Origin: a virus
Taxonomy: Duplodnaviria; Heunggongvirae; Uroviricota; Caudoviricetes
IMG/VR virus record: IMGVR_UViG_3300037466_002980
Coordinates: 234,811 to 298,810 of that record
Length of the DNA stretch: 64,000 bases
Strand: one strand, 5' to 3'
The notes under the pieces were generated by a model. It was given only the letters and a program-made list of their open reading frames with translations, was not told where the DNA came from and ran no database searches. The translations under genes were made by a program, and so were the position numbers. This document shows positions 56,793 through 64,000 of the stretch, piece by piece (the stretch's first letter is position 1; every line of letters starts with the position of its first letter).

Positions 56793-57118
56793 TTCAATAT
56801 TCGAAGAAACTCTTCCGCTATTCTTATTCTTTCAATTGCCATTGTACCTTTGGGAAATATATAGAGGTATTTCCATCCTTCAGATGAGGACTGTGTAACT
56901 CCCGGTTTTGCGGAGAAGAAAACAAAGTCCAAACCATTGATAATATCTCCGTGTCCGGAGATCACAGAAAATCCATAATATGAAATTTTTGAATATGGAT
57001 CTGCATTAATTTCGCTTCTGTTTCGATAAACAACATCGAAAGTCTTTGAACCCATTGGTACGTCGTCCCAATCAACGGGTTTATATTTCAGTTTGCGAAA
57101 AAGAATGTTTTCACTCAT
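56789..57118 (-). CDS. array E small protein
   Basis: MSENILFRKLKY...YIFP...RIRI. Confidence 0.75.
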   Translation of the reverse strand: MSENILFRKLKYKPVDWDDVPMGSKTFDVVYRNRSEINADPYSKISYYGFSVISGHGDIINGLDFVFFSAKPGVTQSSSEGWKYLYIFPKGTMAIERIRIAEEFLRILK

Positions 57119-57246
57119 TTCTTATTTGCAACCGGATTGTGCTCTGACAATCTGGACTTGATTTTCTTCATGAAGCTCCCATCCCGTGCAGGAACATACA
57201 CCGAGAATGAGTGCAACCTGAACTATTGCTTGCGGCCACTTCATAA

Positions 57247-57816
57247 TCATTCCTTTTCAAGTGTAAATTTCTTAAGAAGCTCGTTTGCTTCTTTTGCCTT
57301 GAGTTCTTTAACTAATCTTTTGAAACGATTTTCATCCCTGTGAAAATTATAGAAAAGATCTTCACGGTTCTGATAATCATTGATATTCAATCCGCGCCAG
57401 TCGTATCTATTATTCTTTCTTTGAAAGGCATAAGGATTTGTATCAAGAATGCCGTCCCTAGAATGGACAGATGCTTGATATGGTGAAATTGCAGGTTCAT
57501 ACCATCGAACATTGGGTTCATGGTATTCGGCAAACATAGGCCTTGGAGAATCAGGAATTCTTACCTGATACACGCCACTATTCTTAGGTTCCATTGTTCC
57601 CGGAAACCAATCGGTTACGAATCCAAATCGTTCAAGTAATGATAGGATTCCAGCAGGATCCTTCATTATGAGGTGCTTCGGACATCTGCCACTTCTTACA
57701 TAGAAACCTTCAAGGTGAAGCAACCCATATTGAATAAGTTCATTGGCCATTTTCCGAACGTGATCCGGACTTGGTAGGCTACTTAAATATGAATTAAGTG
57801 AATCTTCGAGACTCAT
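57247..57816 (-). CDS. hypothetical protein
   Basis: 189 aa; WFPGTMEPKNSGVYQVR module. Confidence 0.75.
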   Translation of the reverse strand: MSLEDSLNSYLSSLPSPDHVRKMANELIQYGLLHLEGFYVRSGRCPKHLIMKDPAGILSLLERFGFVTDWFPGTMEPKNSGVYQVRIPDSPRPMFAEYHEPNVRWYEPAISPYQASVHSRDGILDTNPYAFQRKNNRYDWRGLNINDYQNREDLFYNFHRDENRFKRLVKELKAKEANELLKKFTLEKE

Positions 57817-57912
57817 ATTCTAAAAAATGGTGCGACGGCCTGGAGCTACGATTTTAAGTAGTGCTTTTCGGCATGACAATTTGCATATAAGAGAAGACAT
57901 TTCGTTTAGAAA

Positions 57913-57988
57913 TGGTCGGACCGCTGGGACTCGAACCCAGACCGTAAGAATTATGAGTTCTCGGCACTACCAATTATGCTACAGTCCG
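57913..57988 (-). tRNA. tRNA with CAT anticodon (elongator Met or Ile2)
   Basis: 76 nt cloverleaf: CGGACTG/CGGTCCG acceptor, GAGAA-CTCATAA-TTCTT anticodon arm, CTGGG-TTCGAGT-CCCAG T arm, encoded ACCA. Confidence 0.95.
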
Positions 57989-58013
57989 TTAATTGAGCTA
58001 TCGTCGCGAATTC

Positions 58014-58289
58014 TTAATTACCTTTCGCAAGGGAGGAAAGATAGTAATAAATTGCATTCAATGCTATCAACGTATTGAAGCACGGAATGAAACATTCTTG
58101 AAAATACCAAATCCAACTATAATATTTTTCTGTTAATTCTCTGTGATGAACTGCCCAGGATACATTAGTGAGTGCATGTACCAATGTAGAAATAGCGTAG
58201 ATGGCAAGGATGACCTTCCACGAGGTAAGGATCCAGATAATCGACATACCGATTATCACCAATGCAAGGGGAACGAATAAAAAGGCCAT
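58014..58289 (-). CDS. membrane protein
   Basis: Three hydrophobic segments. Confidence 0.7.
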   Translation of the reverse strand: MAFLFVPLALVIIGMSIIWILTSWKVILAIYAISTLVHALTNVSWAVHHRELTEKYYSWIWYFQECFIPCFNTLIALNAIYYYLSSLAKGN

Positions 58290-58360
58290 GTCGTTATTTT
58301 ATAGTGCCTTGCTTGAAATGGTCAAGAGAAAGTTATTCTTCTTTTCTAAATTCAACGTAA

Positions 58361-58678
58361 TTAATAGATACAACCGTGGTATTCGTCGACCACGTTGTGT
58401 CCATTCTTCTTGACAAATTCGAGAGCATCCTTGACACTGCCGAAGTGGTCACCAGGACACTGAAGTGCCCGGTCGTTTTCGTAGGATCCAATTGTGATTT
58501 CGATGGTTTTGGAACCTACCTTGTGTGTTGAAATCACAGTAGCAGGAATCTTTTCTTTTACCGCACCACGAGAAAATCTCGGAGCAGGACCGGTAATCCA
58601 GGATTGAGCTGCCGCTTCGGCCAAGATTACGTCCGTATCTCCTTGGCCATTGAGGATGATGAGGTACTTATCAGCCAT
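58361..58678 (-). CDS. hypothetical protein
   Basis: Start MADKY. Confidence 0.7.
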   Translation of the reverse strand: MADKYLIILNGQGDTDVILAEAAAQSWITGPAPRFSRGAVKEKIPATVISTHKVGSKTIEITIGSYENDRALQCPGDHFGSVKDALEFVKKNGHNVVDEYHGCIY

Positions 58679-58679
58679 T

Positions 58680-58868
58680 TCAGCGATCCTTTTCAGAATT
58701 CTGTGCCATTTGAATGATCGTAACGAATATCGCAATCATCCACCATCCCCAACCTGCCTTAAAGTGAATTAAAACGGCAATAAGGATGCCTGTGGAAAAC
58801 ACAGGCATCAATGTGAAAAGATAGAGGAGAACGGAAAGAAAGATTGAAAGAACGGAATTGTGTTTCAT
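58680..58868 (-). CDS. small membrane protein
   Basis: Hydrophobic. Confidence 0.65.
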   Translation of the reverse strand: MKHNSVLSIFLSVLLYLFTLMPVFSTGILIAVLIHFKAGWGWWMIAIFVTIIQMAQNSEKDR

Positions 58869-58957
58869 CTTTCATCCCAATATGCAGGTTGTCCCGGTCC
58901 CCGTAGAACGGAAATGAAAAGAACGAATCCTAGAAAAAGCAAGAATCCGATCATGGC

Positions 58958-59386
58958 CTACTTGATATAGAAATCTAAGTCGATTGCCAAGCCATAGAAA
59001 GCCACTTCAGCAATCAAATCCGGTTCCAAACAGATTCCCGGATAACCACTGTCAACGATACTGGCCGCACATTCCATGTATCGATCTTCGGCCAGTTTCA
59101 CAACTTCGGCAAATCCAGCCTTGTTGACTTCCATTTGCACCAAAACATCACGAATGTGATCTTCGAGTGTCACAGTTTCGTCAAATCGATCGAAACGGGA
59201 TTTAAGGACCCAATGACTGAATTTGCGAACGTTGGAGTGTACTCGCTCTCCGGTGTCGGGAAACGTATCACCAATCTTCCAGGAATCGGTGGGTGTAATG
59301 CCCACTATCCGTGTGATTTCTGCTGGATCGAAGGTTCCATTAATACAGAAATAGGCATAGCGCCAATCAGATTCTGGTTGGTTCAT
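58958..59386 (-). CDS. DUF4279-like protein
   Basis: YAYFCING.FDP.EIT..VGITPT.SW..GD...W.L...LE.HI. Confidence 0.7.
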   Translation of the reverse strand: MNQPESDWRYAYFCINGTFDPAEITRIVGITPTDSWKIGDTFPDTGERVHSNVRKFSHWVLKSRFDRFDETVTLEDHIRDVLVQMEVNKAGFAEVVKLAEDRYMECAASIVDSGYPGICLEPDLIAEVAFYGLAIDLDFYIK

Positions 59387-59397
59387 GAAATTTCTTC

Positions 59398-59571
59398 TTA
59401 TTCTTCGGCTACGATAAAGAATTCCTTTGAAGAAAACGTATCATTTCCATGATTGTAGTCGTCGGTTTCTTCAACAGGAGAGGTTGGATAGATTGAACCA
59501 TCCAACCTAATTAATAGTTCAGCATCCGGATTTGCTGTTTGGAGAAGATCCTTGAGTTCTTTAACTTTCAT
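59398..59571 (-). CDS. hypothetical protein
   Basis: MKVKELKDLL..ANPDAE. Confidence 0.6.
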   Translation of the reverse strand: MKVKELKDLLQTANPDAELLIRLDGSIYPTSPVEETDDYNHGNDTFSSKEFFIVAEE

Positions 59572-59578
59572 TTTCCGA

Positions 59579-60721
59579 TTACTCCTCGGCGAGCACCACA
59601 CCGCGTGCTTCAGCTTCCTTGCGACGCTCCAGCAGTTGCTTGAAGCGTGCTTCACGTTGCAGACACGTGGCAGTCGCCAATTCATGCCAGCCAACAGGAT
59701 CAGCCTTCATCAAGTCGGCAATTTTCTTGGCCATCCGAAGCGATACTTCACGAATATGATCCGTGTTGTCCTTGATGAAGTTGAAAATGATTTCTTCCTC
59801 TTCATGCTCGAACTCGTATTCCGCCAACATCCCGTCGTCAATCATCTGGCGAATACGCAGGAGCCTGTCCCGCAAGGAACTCATCTCCAGGTCCAGATAA
59901 TGGCAACGTGACATGATTGCCGAAAGATGATCTCCGATTCGTGAACCCTTGGCGATCGTCCTTTCGAAGTCGATGTTCGTCAGGAAGATAATGCTTCCTT
60001 GATATTCGAATTCGTTGTCGATCCCCGCATCCTCGAGGATACGTGATTCCTTGTGCCAGGCAATCTTGCGTTTGTCACTCGCATTCATTGCGGGCTTGAA
60101 GAGCGTCAGACACTCCTCGTCAAAGAAGATGCCGTCGCAGTCGTCGAACACCAAGACATTCTTGGGCATCCTACTGTGGTAGAGCAATTGGTAAAGACCA
60201 ATCGCTGAAACACCGCCGGAAACAATTTCATAGGGCTTGCCCTTTCCACTCAGCACCCGCATCATGGTGTTGTAGGAAAGGCGATTTTCCACGTTGTGGG
60301 ATTTGCCGATGCCCGGGGGACCCGAAACAATGACACCTTTCATCGTGCCAAGGGAGGCAGCGTCCACCACCCTATCCACCAACGAAAATGTTTTACGAAT
60401 ACGCTCAATTGCTTGAGGATCCGTTTCAGTTTCGGTGAACTCGCGTTCGTAGTTGGTTTTGACGTGAACACCGGGCGACCCGGCTATCGTCTCTAGCTCT
60501 ATGTGGCTAGCGAGCTCGTTTCCCGCCGCGTCTAGCAGCGTAAAACCGCCTGGCTCCACGTGAATTCGTTGTGCATTGGGCGTGCCCAGCTTAGGCGTAG
60601 GATTGTAGATTGTGATGAATCCACCCCTTGCACCTTCTTGATAAGGCCTAACCAATCGAAAAATGCCTTCGACTGGCATTCCACGATAGCTGCCCTTGAT
60701 AATCTTGACTTGAGCTGACAC
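59579..60721 (-). CDS. AAA+ ATPase (T4-like phage type)
   Basis: Walker A GPPGIGKS, Walker B LVFDDCD, IIFLTN, SRCHYLDL. Confidence 0.9.
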   Translation of the reverse strand: MSAQVKIIKGSYRGMPVEGIFRLVRPYQEGARGGFITIYNPTPKLGTPNAQRIHVEPGGFTLLDAAGNELASHIELETIAGSPGVHVKTNYEREFTETETDPQAIERIRKTFSLVDRVVDAASLGTMKGVIVSGPPGIGKSHNVENRLSYNTMMRVLSGKGKPYEIVSGGVSAIGLYQLLYHSRMPKNVLVFDDCDGIFFDEECLTLFKPAMNASDKRKIAWHKESRILEDAGIDNEFEYQGSIIFLTNIDFERTIAKGSRIGDHLSAIMSRCHYLDLEMSSLRDRLLRIRQMIDDGMLAEYEFEHEEEEIIFNFIKDNTDHIREVSLRMAKKIADLMKADPVGWHELATATCLQREARFKQLLERRKEAEARGVVLAEE

Positions 60722-61034
60722 TTCGTTGAGCCTTTCTTATAACTGCAAGATTACATTATGCGCGTGACGCATAATGGTAGTCAACTGGTATAACAGCATT
60801 TTTTCTTTCGACCAAATGTGTCATAGTTTGAGTATATGGTCGGATCTGGATTTGGTCGACCGTATATTGAATAGCAGACGAATCCTACTATTCACACATA
60901 TGGGCATTTTCTTTTGAAAATGTGTTCGTAGGCCTCTTCAACTGAATAGCCGTATTCTTTTAGGATGAGGGCAGCACATCCATAAAGATGGATGCTGATG
61001 AGAAAATTGACTTCACGCATGAAAAGAATTTTCA

Positions 61035-61229
61035 TTATTCACGCTCCACAATTCTAACGGATATGATTTTTCCGTCTTCGCCGAATTGGTATTCGATTAT
61101 CTGACCGCCATACCAGCTGGCTATCAGATCTTCCTTGCTTTCGTACAGCGGTGATGGATAGCTACCTGGAATGGAATCCACAATTCCGTAGAGTTTGGTA
61201 GTGTTCATTTTTCGATCTCCTTTGACCAA
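61035..61229 (-). CDS. hypothetical protein
   Basis: Real start probably MNTTK. Confidence 0.6.
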   Translation of the reverse strand: MVKGDRKMNTTKLYGIVDSIPGSYPSPLYESKEDLIASWYGGQIIEYQFGEDGKIISVRIVERE

Positions 61230-61441
61230 TCTTCTGGATGTTCTCCGATTTTATAATTCTGTAGGTGTTTCGGAAGAAGCTCACCGCGTGCATGAATTTC
61301 GGAATTGAGTTTCTTTTCCAGAGCAACAACCTTCTCCATGGATTCTTTGTCACCCTTTTCGAGATAGCCGAATAACTCGCTACCCTTCATGACATGAGTT
61401 CCGTTTCGAAAAATTGATTTCATGGTTATACACCTCGGCAC
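61205..61441 (-). CDS. hypothetical protein
   Basis: ORF. Confidence 0.6.
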   Translation of the reverse strand: MPRCITMKSIFRNGTHVMKGSELFGYLEKGDKESMEKVVALEKKLNSEIHARGELLPKHLQNYKIGEHPEDWSKEIEK

Positions 61442-61693
61442 TGGAGCCGACTGCAGAGCATGAGGTTGCTCGATTTAATTGGAACCGATGTTCATGAGGT
61501 CGGGATGATTCCGAACTCGCTGAAGTCCATGATTACACCAGGAACCGTAGAAATCACCGAAAACGGTGGATTCATGGATATTCAAGCTGCTCCACATTGC
61601 AATCACGAATGCAACGTAGGCTTCCTCAGTCTTCAGGGTATGCTCCGGCATGGTGTCGTCCTCTTCAGTGGTTGTCCCGCATGTATATTATAG

Positions 61694-62290
61694 CTAAAAA
61701 CTAAAAGGATCCGTAAAAACCAGTTGGGGTCCGCGTTTCATAATGTTGCGGCCGTGCAAATCGAAATCGTGTTGAGTTCCGTTCCAGTAGCTGGATTCTT
61801 TTAGAATATCGAAAGCAAAGTTCCTATCCTGATTGCTTGTTCTTCTATTTTCTTTAAGGTAGGATTCAATTTCCGAAAGATACGCAAGGAGCCGATGGTG
61901 ATAAACCGGATGAAAAGGTCCAATAGGAACGTGTTCAAGTTTCTCAGTGACGGTAATCAGAATATCATCATGAGTGAATCCGGGCTTCTGCCATCCCGAA
62001 TACAATCTATCTGGACGTCGAAAATGAACAGCAGAATGGATCTTTGGAAGATACCTATTCCATTTTTTATCCGCCATTGCAGTTAGATAACTGTAATATC
62101 CAAGATCTCCACCTGTGGATAATCTCACCACATAATCCACAGATGGATGCGAATAGGCAAGAGCATAGGCACCCGCACCAATAAGGCACAGTTTTGGATG
62201 TTCTTTCGTTTCGAAAAGATAGATGCTTTGCGCGTGTGTTCGAAGGCAAGGCACATCTTCGCCTAGAATAATGGTATCAAACCTGAACAT
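61694..62290 (-). CDS. Ser/Thr protein kinase, T7 gp0.7-like
   Basis: IGAGAYALAY glycine loop, D.GY..Y, LPKIH, EKL, DLHGRNIM, VFTDPFSF. Confidence 0.8.
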   Translation of the reverse strand: MFRFDTIILGEDVPCLRTHAQSIYLFETKEHPKLCLIGAGAYALAYSHPSVDYVVRLSTGGDLGYYSYLTAMADKKWNRYLPKIHSAVHFRRPDRLYSGWQKPGFTHDDILITVTEKLEHVPIGPFHPVYHHRLLAYLSEIESYLKENRRTSNQDRNFAFDILKESSYWNGTQHDFDLHGRNIMKRGPQLVFTDPFSF

Positions 62291-62301
62291 TCTTATTTTT
62301 C

Positions 62302-62487
62302 TTATTTCAGAAATTTAGTGGAGAACCAAACTCCACCAGACAGAATTGCGAAAGTAAGAATTAGACCAACAAATAATGAAAAATTCCAGTTGAAATCGAA
62401 TTGTTCGATAAGGCCTATCACACACCAAGCGGGCAGATACAGTGCGATTACCAAAGTGATAAGGTATCCGATTAGGAATTTGACCAT
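62302..62487 (-). CDS. small membrane protein
   Basis: Two TM segments. Confidence 0.65.
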   Translation of the reverse strand: MVKFLIGYLITLVIALYLPAWCVIGLIEQFDFNWNFSLFVGLILTFAILSGGVWFSTKFLK

Positions 62488-62488
62488 A

Positions 62489-62683
62489 TTATTTCCTATC
62501 GTTTAGTTCTTCGCGAATGTAGCGTTCAGCCTCTTCTTGGGTTTGGCCACGTACCGGAGTGACACGACAAGAAATCCCATGATGGATGGAGGTCTGCCTT
62601 TCTGCACTTTTCTGGTCTTCAGCGCATATCCGACCAATTACATTTAGGCGTCCATCAAAAACATAGAAATCTTGCATTGGCAT
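62489..62683 (-). CDS. hypothetical protein
   Basis: 64 aa ORF. Confidence 0.6.
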   Translation of the reverse strand: MPMQDFYVFDGRLNVIGRICAEDQKSAERQTSIHHGISCRVTPVRGQTQEEAERYIREELNDRK

Positions 62684-62904
62684 TACTCCTCAAACCACTT
62701 GGTAACGAAGAGAAAAACCAAACCATATCCGATAAGGATTCCCATATCAAATATGGTTACTGTAACAAGTACCGTGAAACGCAATGGTATATTGTAATAT
62801 GAATCCACCAACGTAGAAAACCATATTGTTCCCAATATGATTACGGTAGCGATACATACAGCAAGGAAAACACCAAGATGAAAATGTTTATCTTTTTTGG
62901 ACAT
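62683..62904 (-). CDS. small membrane protein
   Basis: Two TM segments. Confidence 0.65.
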   Translation of the reverse strand: MSKKDKHFHLGVFLAVCIATVIILGTIWFSTLVDSYYNIPLRFTVLVTVTIFDMGILIGYGLVFLFVTKWFEE

Positions 62905-63091
62905 TTCGTGACCAATTCAAATAGCAAACTGAACAGGAGATCCCACCAATCAACCAAAGGATGACGATGAAGGAGGAGAAAATTGGATTATATCCAATTG
63001 TGTGTTTTAGAAGCGTCAGACACAGAACACCCCAGGTGGAGATTATTCCGAAAATCGTGACACAATCAAAGATATTCCGAAGGGTTTTCAT
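62888..63091 (-). CDS. small membrane protein
   Basis: Two TM segments. Confidence 0.6.
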   Translation of the reverse strand: MKTLRNIFDCVTIFGIISTWGVLCLTLLKHTIGYNPIFSSFIVILWLIGGISCSVCYLNWSRNVQKR

Positions 63092-63285
63092 GATCTCCAG
63101 ACCTTTGCAGTTTGGAGAATTGCATCAACCAAATTCACTGTAAACGCAAGCGCGCAAAAGATGAGTTGGAGGAAGGTGTCTCTCTGAAAAAGATACGCTG
63201 TAAGGACACTAACAAGACAGGCGCAAATCAACGCTACCATCCAAATAATGGATGTACGATATACCTTGTCAAGGAAGTTGTCCAA
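63088..63285 (-). CDS. small membrane protein
   Basis: Two TM segments. Confidence 0.6.
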   Translation of the reverse strand: MDNFLDKVYRTSIIWMVALICACLVSVLTAYLFQRDTFLQLIFCALAFTVNLVDAILQTAKVWRS

Positions 63286-63350
63286 GTTTCCGTCCCGCGT
63301 TCAGCGTGTGTGCGGCAACTATATGACCAGTTTCAGTATTGTGCAACAGG

Positions 63351-63557
63351 TTAAAGAATAATGTGTGCTGCTTCTGAACACCAGCGAACACACTCTTTAT
63401 CGAGTGCTGATGCCTGCTTATATAGTGCGTCAGCATCCTTTCTTTTCGTATAGAAAATCTTATCAGCTTCTTTCCTGAGTTTGGCTGCTTTCGTTGCAGC
63501 ATCCCTTGCCATAATTCTGGCGTGTTCGCGGACAATCCAAGGATCATTCGAAACCAT
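63351..63557 (-). CDS. hypothetical helical protein
   Basis: 68 aa, AGGA SD. Confidence 0.6.
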   Translation of the reverse strand: MVSNDPWIVREHARIMARDAATKAAKLRKEADKIFYTKRKDADALYKQASALDKECVRWCSEAAHIIL

Positions 63558-63617
63558 TTTTTCATCCTTCCTATAGTACGCATATTATAATGCACATCGA
63601 TGAAAATCACAAGAGCT

Positions 63618-63643
63618 AAAAAGAAGCCCACCGAAGTGGGCTT
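63618..63643 (-). terminator. rho-independent terminator
   Basis: AAGCCCAC-TTCG-GTGGGCTT followed by CTTTTT on the - strand. Confidence 0.8.
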
Positions 63644-64000
63644 AAGGAGGGGACTAGAGGATTCACCCTTGCGGATGAGTCCTTATTATATGCTCTTCTT
63701 TCGTGAGTTTCGAAGCATTAATTGTAAAAGAGCGTATAGGATGGATGAGGTAAAATGTTCGCCTCGCATTTGAATTAAATTAATAGCTCGACCTCACCGA
63801 GAGCACATTAATTTTTGTATCGGCGTGCGAGGCCAAGCTCCTCTTCTTTTGAATATCGTCCAGATTGAAATTCAGATCCAACTATATGTTATAAAAATGT
63901 CGTTGATCGTGCCAAATACCTGATCGGTGGTATGAGAAAGATAGTGAAGATCGATAGGCGACCGAACCGGTCGATCGCCCTACCTAGTGTGACTATACTA

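Noticed and set aside
1-64000. Prophage or bacterial chromosome context
   Set aside because: No integrase, housekeeping or rRNA genes; dense small phage-type ORFs throughout

Overview
A 64-kb segment of a large lytic (jumbo/T4-superfamily-like) bacteriophage genome, most likely infecting a betaproteobacterium (it carries a DUF3567/BTH_I0359-like gene). No structural genes and no integrase are present. Layout: (i) 1-6963, an AT-rich + strand cluster of glycosyltransferase-like, SAM-methyltransferase, radical-SAM and UDP-glucose/GDP-mannose dehydrogenase genes; (ii) ~7-12.8 kb, AT-rich - strand small genes including a DEDDh exonuclease and a paralog array; (iii) ~13-30.5 kb, a visibly GC-richer island of early-type small genes, many with their own sigma70-like promoter carrying a conserved GTAA-N6-GTAA element 6 bp upstream of -35; (iv) 31-41 kb, AT-rich tandem paralog arrays (9 copies and 18 copies) with conserved, translationally coupled junctions; (v) 41-64 kb, accessory genes: RNase H-like, SprT-like protease, GIY-YIG homing endonuclease, wHTH protein, candidate sRNA, tRNA-CAT, DUF4279, AAA ATPase and a T7 gp0.7-like kinase. 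Strongest leads: the 18-gene cassette-like array, a short E/D-E/D-x-hydrophobic-F-K-L-K-Y/W motif shared by about 35 small proteins from several arrays, and the promoter element with its candidate wHTH regulator. All family assignments are from motif recognition by eye; no searches were run.
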